Below are positions 32,625-49,857 of a stretch of 64,000 nucleotides of DNA, piece by piece. Made by a program: the position numbers and the translations under genes. Numbering within the stretch: the first letter of the stretch is position 1; each line of letters begins with the position of its first letter. This DNA is from the human T2T-CHM13v2.0 reference genome, Homo sapiens. Where the stretch lies: assembly GCA_009914755.4 (NCBI GenBank), contig CP068257.2:29952001-30016000 (forward strand). The letters run 5' to 3'. The notes beneath the pieces were generated by a model. The model was not told where the DNA came from. It did not search any database and was given only the letters and a program-made list of their open reading frames with translations.

Positions 32625-32718
32625 GTGATTAATATTTCAATATATGTAGTATACTCTGAGTAAAGAAAATTACCCTCCATAATGTGGGTATGCGGTATCT
32701 ATCAGTTGAACACCTTAA

Positions 32719-33133
<415 letters not shown>

Positions 33134-33169
33134 TGCAGCCCATACAATTACATGAGCCAGTTCCTCAAA

Positions 33170-33250
33170 ACAATCTCTCTCTGTCTCACACACACGCACC
33201 CGCCACACATGTACACACACACGCCTGCATGTACACATGTACACACAACT
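33170..33250. repeat. CA/CACG-rich low-complexity tract
   Basis: CTCTCTGTCTCACACACACGCACCCGCCACACATGTACACACACACGCCTGCATGTACACATGTACACACAAC. Confidence 0.8.
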
Positions 33251-33334
33251 ATTTCTGTAGAGAACTCTACCTAGAACAGCCATTTTGCCGGCTGAAAACA
33301 GCAGTCTGCTTTCTCAGGAACTTAGTTATTACTA

Positions 33335-33621
33335 TTATTTGAGACAGGGTCTCACTCTGTCACCCAGGCTGGAGTGCAGTGATGTGATCATAGCTCACTG
33401 CAGCCTCTACCTCCTGGGCTCAAGTGATCCTCCCATCTCATCCTCCCAAGTAACTGAGACCAAAGGTACACGTTACCACACCCAGCTAATTTTTAAATTT
33501 TTTTGTAGAGACAGGGTCTTGCTATGGTGCCAGGCTGGTCTTGAACTCCTGGGCTCAAGTGATCATCCTGCCTTGGTCTCCCAAAATGCTGGGATTATAG
33601 TTGTGAGCCACTTTGCCCGAC
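33335..33621 (-). mobile_element. Alu SINE (AluJ-like) with target-site duplication
   Basis: TTATTTGAGACAGGGTCTCACTCTGTCACCCAGGCTGGAGTGCAGTGATGTGATCATAGCTCACTGCAGCC ... GGGATTATAGTTGTGAGCCACTTTGCCCGACC; flanked by CAGGAACTTAGTT on both sides. Confidence 0.9.
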
Positions 33622-33775
33622 CAGGAACTTAGTTTTAAAGAATACATGCCTGTAAGGCTGGAATTTAGTATTGCCAAAATTACTCTTATGAATCTTTGGT
33701 TCTCAATAAGGTCTGGTGTATGGAGCCATCTTTACACAATATGTTGTTGGGTGGCATGTCAACCCAAAAATAGTC

Positions 33776-33968
33776 CTTTTCTCCGCTCTTAGAGATGAAC
33801 ATATTGCTGTTTCTGTGTGTTTGTTTTCAGTTGAGCATCAGTTGAAGGAATTGCTTGGTTATGTAGGGCCTTGTTGTATCAAAAATACGTACTTACAATA
33901 GCAGAATCAACTCACAAGGTGAGATGCTCACACCATGAGTGGTATCTACAGACTGACAGTGTGTGAAG
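33776..33968 (+). repeat. unclassified dispersed repeat, copy 2 (pairs with 30881-31068)
   Basis: TTTTCTCCGCTCTTAGAGATGAACATATTGCTGTTTCTGTGTGTTTGTTTTCAGTTGAGCATCAGTTGAAGGAATTGCTTGGTTATGTAGGGCCTTGTTGTATCAAAAATACGTACTTACAATAGCAGAATCAACTCACAAGGTGAGATGCTCACACCATGAGTGGTATCTACAGACTGACAGTGTGTGAA; ~88% identical to copy 1. Confidence 0.7.
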
Positions 33969-34310
33969 GAATTTTGGATTCAAATCTCTAGTCTTCCTCC
34001 TACTACAGGGTATAAAATTGTTGATAGGAAGAGCAGACAAAATCTCTTTTATGATGTAAACTCATATTCTCTCCCTCTCTCTGCCTCTGCCCTCAACATG
34101 CATATATATAGTTGATTTAAGTTATATGTAAATGTAAGCTGGGTGCAACTCTCCTGTCCAGTAAGAATGAGGGCCTGGCCTACTGTCAGATTTCACTAAA
34201 CACATTTCTGGACAGTGGTGTGCATTAAGAGGTCTCTTCATAACCCTCCCCAAACGAGTCTTCAGTCATTTGAGTTTGCATAGCAATGTGAAAGAGACCA
34301 CTCTCTTCCT

Positions 34311-34708
<398 letters not shown>

Positions 34709-34796
34709 TGAAAAAGGGGTTTATGCCTCAGTGTGTCCCCCCCCAGTATTGGCTGACCATTGTGGTGAATAGAATTCTGGGAAAATGATAGTGTGG

Positions 34797-35162
34797 GGCT
34801 GATATGGTTCAGCTCTGTGTCCCCACCCAAATCTCATCTCAAATTGTAATCCCCATATGTCAAGGGAGTGACTGGATGGGAGGTGATTGCATCATGGGGG
34901 CAGGTTCCCTCATCCTGTTGTCATGATAGTGAGTGGCTTCTCATGAGATCTGATGCTTTTAGAAGTGTTTGGCAGTTCCTCCTTCACTATTTCTCTTTTC
35001 CTGCCACCTTGTGAAGAAAATACTTGTTTCTCCTTTGCCTTCCACCATGATTGTAAGTTTCCTGAGGCCTCCCCAGCCATGCAGCCATGCAACCTCTTTC
35101 CTTTATAAATTACCCAGTCTCAAGTATTTCTTTATAGCAGTGTGAAAATGGACTAATACAGA
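34797..35162 (+). mobile_element. solo LTR, ERVL-MaLR THE1/MST-type
   Basis: TGATATGGTTCAGCTCTGTGTCCCCACCCAAATCTCATCTCAAATTGTAATCCCCATATGTCAAGGGAGTGACTGGATGGGAGGTGATTGCATCATGGGGGCAGG...CTGCCACCTTGTGAAGAAAATACTTGTTTCTCCTTTGCCTTCCACCATGATTGTAAGTTTCCTGAGGCCTCCCCAGCCATGCAGCCATGCAACCTCTTTCCTTTATAAATTACCCAGTCTCAAGTATTTCTTTATAGCAGTGTGAAAATGGACTAATACAG. Confidence 0.8.
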
Positions 35163-35580
35163 CAGTGGCTTCCAGGGCTAAGTCATCAAAGACATTGTGG
35201 CTTCCGTCTTGCTCTCTTGGATTACTCATTCTGAGGGAAGCCAGCTGCCATGTTGCAAGGCCACTCAGTGCACCTTCTGAGAGGCTCATGCAGAGAGGAC
35301 CTGAGGCCTCCCATCAACAGCCAGCACCAACATACCAGCCACGTGGGGGGACCATCCTGGAAGTGCATGCTGCAGCCCCAGTCCAACCTTCAAATGACTG
35401 CAGCCCACTTCAGCCAATATCTGACTACAACTTTATGAGAGAATTTGAAACGGAATTGCCCAGCCAACCCATGCTTGACATTCTGAGCCACTGAAATCAT
35501 GACAGAGAACAAGTGATGATTGTTATTATAAATCACTATAAATGGAGTAATTTGTTAGCAGCAATAACTAATATAGAAAC
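35163..35580 (+). mobile_element. ERV1-type solo LTR (MER-family, tentative) directly abutting the MaLR LTR
   Basis: TGTGGCTTCCGTCTTGCTCTCTTGGATTACTCATTCTGAGGGAAGCCAGCTGCCATGTTGCAAGGCCACTCAGTGCACC...CAGCCAGCACCAACATACCAGCCACGTGGGGGGACCATCCTGGAAGTGCATGCTGCAGCCCCAGTCCAACCTTCAAATGACTGCAGCCCACTTCAGCCAATATCTGACTACAACTTTATGAGAGAA...GTTAGCAGCAATAACTAATATAG; matches a common LTR consensus pattern I recall (GGGAAGCCAGCTGCCATGTTGTGAGGACACTCAAG...). Confidence 0.45.
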
Positions 35581-35621
35581 ATTATCTTTTTTATTTATTT
35601 ATTTATTTATTTATGTTATTT

Positions 35622-35972
<351 letters not shown>

Positions 35973-36104
35973 TGAGTTTGACTACTTTAGTTACCACATG
36001 TAAGTGCAATCATGCAGTATTTGTCCTTTTGTGACTGGCTTATGTCACTAAGCATAATGTCCTCAAGCTTCATCCATATTGTAGTGAAACGGCGTTATTT
36101 GTCT

Positions 36105-37677
<1,573 letters not shown>

Positions 37678-37811
37678 GGCCAGGTGTGGTGGCTCACACC
37701 TGTAATCCCAGCATTTTGGGAGGTCAAGATGGGCAGATAATGAGGTCAGGAGATCGAGACCATCCTGGTTAACACATTGAAACCCCATTTCTACTAAAAA
37801 TACAAAAAATT
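37678..37811 (+). mobile_element. Alu monomer (FLAM-like)
   Basis: GGCCAGGTGTGGTGGCTCACACCTGTAATCCCAGCATTTTGGGAGGTCAAGATGGGCAGATAATGAGGTCAGGAGATCGAGACCATCCTGGTTAACACATTGAAACCCCATTTCTACTAAAAATACAAAAAATT. Confidence 0.8.
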
Positions 37812-38174
<363 letters not shown>

Positions 38175-38689
38175 TCAGGAATTCAGGATAAGTACCCAGA
38201 AGTAAGATTTCCGCATCAGAGGGTAAATGCTGTGTAATTTTGTTGACTATTACTCAGTTCCCCTCAACGGGATCGCACTATTGTGTGAATCCCACAGCCT
38301 CATCCACAGCCTCACCGCATAGTGGTTTGTAAAGATTTTGAGTTTTTGCCATTCTGATGGGCAATAGGTGCATTGCAATTTAAATTTCTGTTTATATTAT
38401 TATGTAACTAGAGCTTGCATTCACCCACCATGTGAGTGGTTCCTAAGACTTTAATTTTGAGAAATGGCTTCTACTCAGGCTCCAGGTCCTTATTCTTCAG
38501 CCCCGACCCATCTTTCCTCCCTGTAGACACTTCCTTCCATCTAAACCGCCACGGCAGCCTCCTTCAGCACACAGATAACATCCTCCTCACTGAGTGGGCA
38601 GGAAAGGAGGTTCAAAGAATGAAGTGGTTTACCCAGCCAGTAAATGGAGAATCCAAGACTAGAGACCATCTGTTCATTTTTGTTTGTTT

Positions 38690-38845
38690 GCATTTTTTTC
38701 CTTTCTTTTCTTTATTCTTTCTTTCTTTTTCATTTCCTTTCTTCCTTCCTTTTCTTCCTTCCTCTTTCTTTTTTTCTTTCTTCTTTCTCTTCTTTCTCTT
38801 TCTTTTCTTGCTCTCTTTCTTCTTTCTTGTTGTTGTTTTTGTTGA
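38690..38845. repeat. (TTTC/TTCC)n pyrimidine-rich simple repeat
   Basis: TTTTTCCTTTCTTTTCTTTATTCTTTCTTTCTTTTTCATTTCCTTTCTTCCTTCCTTTTCTTCCTTCCTCTTTCTTTTTTTCTTTCTTCTTTCTCTTCTTTCTCTTTCTTTTCTTGCTCTCTTTCTTCTTTCTTG. Confidence 0.9.
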
Positions 38846-40746
38846 GACCATGTGCTCAGATTCCTAGTACATGACTATAAAGTTAGGAAAGAGCCCCCAA
38901 GACCACTTTCCCCTCTGATACCAATTTAAAGTTTAGGGGTCCCCACAACCACCTTCAAGTTCAATAATCCACTTGGTGGACTCGCAGAACGTACTGAAAG
39001 CTATTATACTTATACTTACAGTTTATCATAGCAAAAGGACACAGATTAACATCAGCCAAGGGAAGACACACATAGGGCAGTGTCCAGGAGAGCTTCCAGC
39101 AGTCCTCTCCCAGTGGAGTAATGGACTCCTTCTGGAAACTATATGCACGGACTATATACATGGAGTATTGCCAACCAAGGAAACTCACCAGGCTGTTGGT
39201 GTCCAGAGTGTATAGTAGGGCTTGGTCTTGTGGACATGGCTGGCTTGACCTTAGTCTATTCCTTCAGGGGTCAAGCTGATATGGTGTGGCCAAATCTCCC
39301 ACCATAAATCACATTGGTCTAACATGTTGTGTCTGTTTGGCATGGCCCATGGCCTCCAGGTAAACACAGTGCTATTATCAAGCAGGACATCTAAGGGCTT
39401 AGAGATCACCTCCCAAGAGCCAAGGGCAAAGCCCAGATCTCACTTCAAGTAAGCTTAAAATTCTTTACTACACAACACCCTTTCCTTGTTACAGGAGAGT
39501 GGGGGTGCCCTGCTGGCCCTCACAGAGGAAGAGCTCATAACTCATAACCCACAAAACTGTAATGAAGGGCAATCCCATCCGACTGAAAAATGGGACTGGA
39601 AACAGGCACTGAACATTCCAGAAGGAAAGAGAGGGGCACAGGGGAGCGCGTAAGTGGATTTAATGATGGCTAGTCTACAAGAAAAAGTGCAATCGATTCA
39701 GGTTATTGAAAATTCACCCCCAATATTTTCCTCTACTCATCAAACGTGGAAGAAAGGGGCTCATTGGAGCTTGCTCATGGCTCGCATCAGGGCCAGCCGG
39801 CCTGTCTTGTTCTCTGATTATAACATCAAGGACCCCTAGGTGGTGCTGATTTCTAGCTTGGGTGGCAAATAGTTAACAACAACAAAAAAGGAATCTGAAA
39901 GTTCAGCAAACCTCTTCTTTTTTTTTCAAACTTTTTTGTTTTTGATTAAGCACATTCCACAGTACAAAGCTGTCATGAATAATATCTGTACAATTGAACA
40001 GTTTCAATAGCTGTTCAGACACAAATTTATTTCAAACAAATAATTGGCAAACATAATTAACTACAAGTTAGAATTAGACTATCCCAGTGCTTTAAAACAT
40101 TAATATAGCAGTAATTTACATTTGCTCAATTATGGTTAGCAAAATAAAGTCCAGAGTATGGCTGGGAATTTACTATTATAATCCCAGAAAGTCAGAATTC
40201 CTTGGGTGCCAAAGTCCCTTGCTATAATTTAGTAGGAACAATTCAAAGGTTGTGTACATATTCAAAGGCCATGATCTCCCAAGGAACAAGGGGGACTTCT
40301 ATATTAAACAAGCAAAAACAACAAAAAATCTATTCATTCATTCCGAATTGTCTCCTCCTCTGCCCCTACCTTCCCCCTGGGCTTTCCTGAGCAGTTTGAT
40401 ATTGAAGTTGTAGGACGAAAAGAGGTCAAAACTAAATCACTTTCACAACCACCATCAAGCTTACAACATCTGCCTTATGAATGGAGGTTTATTGTTTACG
40501 CTTTGAGACTCAACTTCTCAAAAACATAAATTAGTAACATGGGAAGGAAGGATTTTTTTTAAGAAAAACTAAAAAAGCAAAGCCAACTCGATAAATCACA
40601 TACACACACATTGATCCCCACACCGTTCTCAATGCAAAGGACAAATCGGAGCCCAAGGACCTTCCCTTTAGTAGTAGAGCATGCTTCCACAGGAAGAGGT
40701 TTAATTTATAGGAGGCTGTTTATTGGTCCTTTAAAATGCTATTGAT

Positions 40747-41040
40747 GGCCGGGCACGGTGGCTCCCAAAGTAATCCCAGCACTTTGGGAGCCTGAGGCAG
40801 GCGGATCACAAGGTCAGGAGTTCGAGACCAGTTCGGTCAATATAGTGAAACCCCGTCTCTATTAAAAATGCAAAAATTAGCTGGGTGTGGTGGCACGTGC
40901 CTGTAGTCCCAGCTACTTGGGAGGCTGAGGCAGGAGAATCACTTGAACCTGGAGGTGAGGAGGTTGCAGCGATCTGAGATTGCGCCACTGCACTCCAGCC
41001 CGGGCTACAATGCGAGACTCTGTCTCAAAAAAAAAAAAAA
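40747..41040 (+). mobile_element. Alu SINE, full length
   Basis: GGCCGGGCACGGTGGCTCCCAAAGTAATCCCAGCACTTTGGGAGCCTGAGGCAGGCGGATCACAAGGTCAGGAGTTCGAGACCAGTTCGGTCAATATAGTGAAACCCCGTCTC ... GCACTCCAGCCCGGGCTACAATGCGAGACTCTGTCTC, poly-A. Confidence 0.9.
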
Positions 41041-41125
41041 GTTATTGACATTCCTTGATCTTTGGAAACAACGGCAAAGGGCAAATCAAACCTAATATTG
41101 AATAAGGGAGAAGGAGTGCCAACTG

Positions 41126-41211
41126 GATGCCAATGTCCTTTCCATGCACTGTCAGGGTGATAGTGCCAGATGCCAACGTCCTTTCCATGCACCATCAGGG
41201 AGACAGTGCCA
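41126..41211. repeat. tandem duplication, 43-bp unit x2
   Basis: GATGCCAATGTCCTTTCCATGCACTGTCAGGGTGATAGTGCCA / GATGCCAACGTCCTTTCCATGCACCATCAGGGAGACAGTGCCA; followed at 41230-41250 by GTACTCGGGAG x2. Confidence 0.9.
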
Positions 41212-42156
41212 TTTACACATTTGGGCTGTGTACTCGGGAGTACTCGGGAGCTTTGAGAACCTGCTGAGGCCGCAGCAGCACGTGACACCAGAGATGACTG
41301 GGGTGGGATTCATGGACTTGAGGCTTTACACCACTTAGGAGTGCCCTCCCCTCAGCATGGACCTCTGAACCAGCCTGACCTGACCTGCAGGCTCCAACAC
41401 ACCAGCGGGCCCTGCCAGAACCTTGGCAAGGACAGGATGCATGAATTCCAGAGCCAGGACAGCCCGTCAATAGGGCCTTATTATTTCCCCTTCCCAGGGC
41501 CACAACTGCACAGAATAATGATTTTTGACAGTGAAGCCAAATGAATACTACGGGAAGTGACCACTAGTACTCAGGAGTACTTATGAGAAAAAGAATAAGA
41601 ACAAAAATGTTTAAGTTACCTCTCTATTGTATAATATATACTGTACAACAAATAAAACATTCATGTTCAACTTTAGAAATTACATTTTAAAACAAGATTC
41701 TCCTTAAAAACACACACAAACCACACACACAATGACAACAAAATAAAAACACTGTAGGAATACTGCAGGAAGGGTTCCAGGTAATCCACATCAACCCTGG
41801 TATCAGGTTCTTGAGTCCAGTCCATGGCTAAGCGCGAACACACTCTGTATTAGTGTCTCAAGTGCAGGGGGCCCTGACCCCAGCAACTTTGAAGTTAAAC
41901 TGTTATGTACATTATATCTACATGTGAATACAGTATTTTAAATTAGGAGGCAAGCACACATATAAAGGTGTTACTCTACCAAATATCAGGAGATGGTTGC
42001 GGTTCAGAGAACAGTTAATAAAAGGGCTAACCCCCATGGCACGTGTATACCTATGTAACAAAAGTGCACGTTCTGCACATGTATTCCAGAACTTAAAATA
42101 TAATTTAAAAAAATTAAAAATAAAATAAAAGAGCTATGTTGGGAGATAATAACTGA

Positions 42157-42470
<314 letters not shown>

Positions 42471-43098
42471 AACTGACTTACAGTTCTTTAAATTAAAAGA
42501 AATTGGTATAGAAAGGAAGTATAATCCAAAACATATTACTAAAACGACCCAGAGAGATTTTTCCATTGTCCAACATGTTCCTAATACAGCAAGTCAAAAT
42601 TCATAATGACTTGGACGGTCAAAAGGAGAATGTTAACTTTTGAAAATGAAAGCCGTGGACATTCTGAGTAGGTGTTTGGCACCCAAAATTTCACTGAAGA
42701 AGAATGCTGTTTCTTAGTATCAAACCAAAGTGCAAAGCAATATAAATTAGAGGCCAAGACTTCTCTTGGCGTCAATTTACTTCTGTAAAACAGATTCTAT
42801 GTTCCTTTTCTATGATCAGTTTACATTTGAAACATTAGATTTTTTCACTAATGAGGGAAGGAAATGGGCTTCTGTGCTACTTTCAAGTCAGTGAAGCTAA
42901 GGTCTCCTTCTCAAAGTAGAGCTGGAATCAGAGGTGAGAAATGTCGGGACTTGAAGAGTTAGGCTGCTTTGCATCTACCCAGCGTCTAGAACCAATTCCA
43001 GCTTCATAACTCAGCTGTGAACGAACTCCCTTAGGCATTGGTAGCCACGTAGCCAGTAGTTCAAGACTAGAAAACCCGGAAACGGGTGAAAGTGCAGA

Positions 43099-44640
43099 CT
43101 GTTATCTAGAGATGTAAGTGTATGTTCTGGAGGGGGAATGGGTCTCATTCTGGGCACTGGGAGGCACATTTAAGAAACCACAAATCAAAATAGTGTCATC
43201 ATGGGAGCTGCTGACGATTTGAAACTCATCAAACTGTAGGCAAAACACATGTCCAGAATGTTCCACCAATGTGCGCAAACACAATGTGCTTGCTGGGGCT
43301 CGAGGGTCAAGAGCGGCTTGCAAGTCCTAAACTTTAATTTTCCCATCATAGGCCCGGCTGACCATCCTCTTGTTATCAAACTGGATGCATCGGACCAATT
43401 CTTCATGTCCCTCTAGGACTCTTAAACAGGAGCCACATTCAATATCCAAGAGCCTAATGGTATGATCTGATGATCCACTAACAACCAGCCCATCCCTGTA
43501 CTGGAGACAAGACTCGCTTGTGCCCATTGAGAGTACGAGCAAATTCACAGGTGCTCATGCTCCAGACTTTGATGGTCCTGTCACCAGAGGCAGACACGAT
43601 GTATTTCTCGTCAAAGTCTACTACGTTGACAGCAGCTCAGTGGACAACCAGGACACCACGTAAAGTGATATCGGTCGCAGAAGCCATGTCCCACACAGCA
43701 ATGGAGCGGTCCTTGGAACAGGTCACCATCAGTCCACTGCTGAAGCGTAAGTGCAGTACATCCTCATTGTGGTGGATTAATGTGTTAAGAACTTCACCCG
43801 TGTTCACTTCCCACACTCTCACCGTAGAATCCGAAGAGCCAGTTACAATGACACGCTCATCCTACTGCAGATAGAGGACAGAACCTGTGTGGCCATTAAC
43901 ACTTTCAAACATTCCAGGCTGGTTTTATCCCAAATCTTAATTATCTTGTAGGCCACTGATAATTTTTTCATCATCGTACTGTAAACCATAGACACCTTTA
44001 CTATTTTCAGAGTGGTACTGAATCCTCTGCAAGCTGTGTCGGCCACACCGCTAGGTGGATTCTATAGTCTCTATATCCTGGATAATGTTTGGGTATAATG
44101 ACCTATAAAATGAATTTGGAGGGCTAGATATGGGTCTGTTTTGAAACAGGTACTGATCCCACCCTCTTCTTTCTGAAAGTCCTTTCCATAGGGGATCAGT
44201 GTGTACCATTCGTTCAATCAGCTTCTTCCAAAGCATTCATTCTGAGATCAATCCCTGCCATCCTTTACATACCAGCTCTGCTGCACACAGAGACCTGGTA
44301 ACCAGGTACAAAAGAATGTTTTCTGCTATGTGATCTAAGCCTTGCTCGGGTAAAGCAGTAATAAAGTCCTGCTGCAACATGGGCTTCAGGTAAGAGTTGA
44401 TACGTCCATGGTGATAATGACACATTCGTGAAATAAGATGTTCCACAAATTCCAACTGATCTGATTCAGACCCCTGGTTAAAATATTGAATATACAAGTC
44501 TTTTTCTTTTTGGTAGTTTCCTTCTGATGGCCTCTTTCTGGAGATGATCACAAATGATGTTCCATTACTTATCTGCCAAGGAGTATTTTTCTTTGGGGAC
44601 TTATCTTCATCTTGATCTTCCAGAACTGAAGTGTTAGTTC
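43099..44640 (-). pseudogene. FBXW11P1: processed (intronless) pseudogene of FBXW11 / beta-TrCP2, 5'-truncated, multiple frameshifts and in-frame stops
   Basis: Minus-strand ORFs collinear with FBXW11 protein inside 1.54 kb of contiguous DNA: 44237-44695 (..[132 protein letters not shown]), 44051-44236 ([51 protein letters not shown]), 43843-44046 (..[17 protein letters not shown]..), 43637-43822 (..[54 protein letters not shown]..), 43327-43548 (..[60 protein letters not shown]), 43102-43323 (..[69 protein letters not shown], stop); the multi-exon parent gene here has no introns; the pseudogene symbol is recalled from memory and is tentative (parent FBXW11 is certain). Confidence 0.85.
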
Positions 44641-44770
44641 CACATGGCTGGGGAGGCCTCATAATCACGGCAGAAGGCAAGGAGGAGCAGGTCACATCTT
44701 ACGTGCAATGGCAGCAAGCAAAGAGAGAGAAGCTTGTGCAGGGAAACTCCCCTTTTTTAAAAACATCCGA
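44641..44770 (-). mobile_element. THE1-type MaLR LTR fragment (reverse complement) abutting the pseudogene 5' end
   Basis: CACATGGCTGGGGAGGCCTCATAATCACGGCAGAAGGCAAGGAGGAGCAGGTCACATCTTACGTGCAATGGCAGCAAGCAAAGAGAGAGAAGCTTGTGCAGGGAAACTCCCCTTTTTTAAAAACATCCGATCTCA = reverse complement of THE1 block ..CACAAGCTCTCTT..GCCATGTAAGACGTG..CCTTCGCCTTCCGCCATGATTGTGAGGCCTCCCCAGCCATGTG. Confidence 0.75.
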
Positions 44771-44775
44771 TCTCA

Positions 44776-45300
<525 letters not shown>

Positions 45301-46263
45301 ACAAAGAACAGAGAGCAAAAATAAAATGTACAAGTCCTTCTCCTTCCCATAACTCCCCCCTCGCAGGCCTGCCTTCCGCTAGCCATCTCCTGGACTTCCT
45401 CAGGCTTGACCCTGGCATCCAGGGTTTCTCCCTTACTGGCAGGCAACACCCACATTCCAGGTGGGCTTCTTTGGAAGCAGAGTTACTTGCCTTGAGTTGG
45501 AGGGGTGGGGTGGAAAATCATCCCTTCCCCACAAGCTAACCACACTCTTCACAGAAAGGATTGCTCTGATGTGCCTATGGATCCTCCCTTTCCCCTTGAC
45601 AGCCTGCAGGAAAGGAATGGGTTCCAGGTCAGAGAATTGGTCCTGCCACCTCTTAGCAAGTTATGTGGGGTTGCCTTTACTCCTCACTTTGAAATGTCAG
45701 CGGCTTGTCACTTGTCACTTATATTCTCGGTTTGAGGCTTCAGCTGACATCCTCAGACAAGAGTCTGTTATGGTCTTTCAAATCTAGGGGTCCGTAGATT
45801 GACCACATAAGACCATATTTGTCCCAGTGGCCATTTCATAGTTGGCTCACTCTTTCTCCAGCATGAACGTGACATGATCAAAATTATGACTGCCCTTCAT
45901 AAGGGTCATTCTGGCTGCCCTAAAGGGACTTTGCTAGCATCTCTGGCTTCCATGCCTACTCAATTAGAAACTTTCCATCTTTGTCCAGTTTTAACAGACT
46001 GAGATCTTGGCCAAGCCTAAAATCTGAGGTTCTCACCTATCATCTCCATGAATGAACAACAAATACTACCTACTTTGCTGATTTCTATGACTCAAATATC
46101 CTTTCATTAGCAAAATGCGGAATTACAGAATGGAAGCAGCTTGCATTTTGTTTTGATATGGACTTATTCATCAAATATTTATTAGAGTTGACTCTGTGCT
46201 GGCACTATGCCTGGACTGGAGGTTTAATAATGAACAAGACAGGCAAGGTTAAATTTGACGAAA

Positions 46264-46569
<306 letters not shown>

Positions 46570-46967
46570 CTAGCTTTCAGTTCTGGAGGAAAAAATTCTC
46601 TAGGAACTGAAAATCTTAACTTAGTCTCCATGATAACTGAATCTTACCTCTTGTAAAATTTGCCTTAATAGTATTTTTAATAGTTAAAGCATTTAAAATT
46701 TTTATGTTGGATTTATTTTATTTCATTTTGGAACTCGGGTTCCAAAGGTAGATTTAATCATACTCCTCAATTTGTGGCACACTTAAAAAAAAGAATAACT
46801 TTATTGTGGTAAGAATACTTAACATGAAAGCTACCCTCTTAATACGTTTTCAAGTATACAATACAGTATTGCTAAATATAAGTACAGTGTTGTACAGCAG
46901 GTCTCTAGGGCTCATTCATCTTGCTTAACTGACACTTTATGCCTGTTGATTAGAAACTTTCCATTGA

Positions 46968-47361
<394 letters not shown>

Positions 47362-47687
47362 TCATGCAGTATTTGTTCTTCTGTGACTGGCTTATTTCAC
47401 TTAGCATAATGTCTCAAAGTTCATCCATGTAGTCCCATATTGCAGAAGTTTCTTCTTTTCTAAGGCTGAATAATAACATTCCACTGCATGTGTATTCCAC
47501 ACTTTCTTTATCCACTCATTTGCTAATGGACAGTTGGGCTGTTTCTGTATCTTGGCTATTATGAATAATTCTGCAATGAATATGGCAGTGTTAATAACTC
47601 TTGGAGATTCCAGTTTCAATCCTTTTGGATCAATACCCATAAGTTGAATTGCTGGGTCATATGGTAGTTCTATTTTTAATTAATTAA

Positions 47688-48011
<324 letters not shown>

Positions 48012-48206
48012 TAATTTTTTGAGGAACCTCTATGCTATTTTTCATAGCGGTTGCACCATTTTGCATTCCCATCTACAGCGTAAGAGGATTCCAGTTTCTT
48101 CATATCCTCACCAGAGCTTTTTGTCTTTTGTCTGATAATAGCCATCCTGACAGGTGTAAGGTGATATCTCATTGTGGTTTGGATTTGCATTTCTTTGATG
48201 GTTAGT

Positions 48207-48866
<660 letters not shown>

Positions 48867-49857
48867 TAGTGACAGAGTGTCTTTCTGTTGGGCATTTGGA
48901 TGGCTTCTTTGGAGAACTGTCTATTCAAGTCTTTAGCCCATTTTAAAATTGGGTTATCATTATTTTTTTTGCTATCAAGTTGTAGGTAGTCCCTATGTAT
49001 TTTGGAAATTATCCCCTTATCAGATGTATGGTCTGCCAACATTTCTCCACCCTGTAGATTGCCTTTTTTACTCTGTTGATTATTTCCTTTGCTTTGCAGA
49101 ATTTTTTTAGTTTGGTGTAGAACCACTTATTTATTTCTGCTTTTGTGGCCTGTGCTTTTGGTGTCATAGCCATGAAATCGCTGCCAAGACTAATAGCATG
49201 AAGATTTCCCCTATGTGTTCTTCTACGAGTTTTATAGTTTAGGTCTAATATTTAAGTCTTTAATCCATTTTTAGTTGATTTTTGGGATAGTGTAAATTAA
49301 GGCTGCGATTTCATTCTTTTAGATGTGAATATCCAGTTTTCCCGACACTATCTGTTGAGGAGACTTTTGTCATTATGTATTCTTGGCATCCCTGTCAAAG
49401 ATCAGTTGACCATTATTTGCAGATTCTGTTAAGTCTCTCTCTATTGTGTTCCACTGGTCTATATGGCTGTCTTCATACCAGTACCATATTGTTTTCATTT
49501 CTGTAGTTTTGTAAAATATTTTGTAATCAGGAAGTGTGATGCCTTCAGCTTTGCTCTTCATTTTCAAGATTAGTTTGGCTATTTGGGGTCTTTTTTGGCC
49601 TCACATGAATTTTAGAATTGCTTTTTTTTTTTAATTCTGTAAAAAATGCCATTGCAGTTTTGATAGGGAATGCATTCAATCTGTAGATGACTTTGGGTAG
49701 CATTGGACATTTTAACAACATTAAGTTTTCTAATCCATGACCATGGGAAGTCTTTCCATTTATTTGGATCTTCTTCAATTTCATTTATCAATGTTTTGTA
49801 GTTTTCTGTTTATAAGTGTTTCACCCCTTAGTTAAATTTGTTCCTAAATATTGAACG

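Noticed and set aside
38890-39650. Unique-looking stretch (..CCACTTGGTGGACTCGCAGAACGTACTGAAAGCTATTATACTTATACTTACAGTTTATCATAGCAAAAGGACACAGATTAACATCAGCCAAGGGAAGACACACATAGGGCAGTGTCCAGGAGAGC..) that resembles an ancient ERV/MaLR-internal sequence I half remember
   Set aside because: My recollection of the family is too uncertain to annotate. I leave it uncalled and it should be settled by RepeatMasker.
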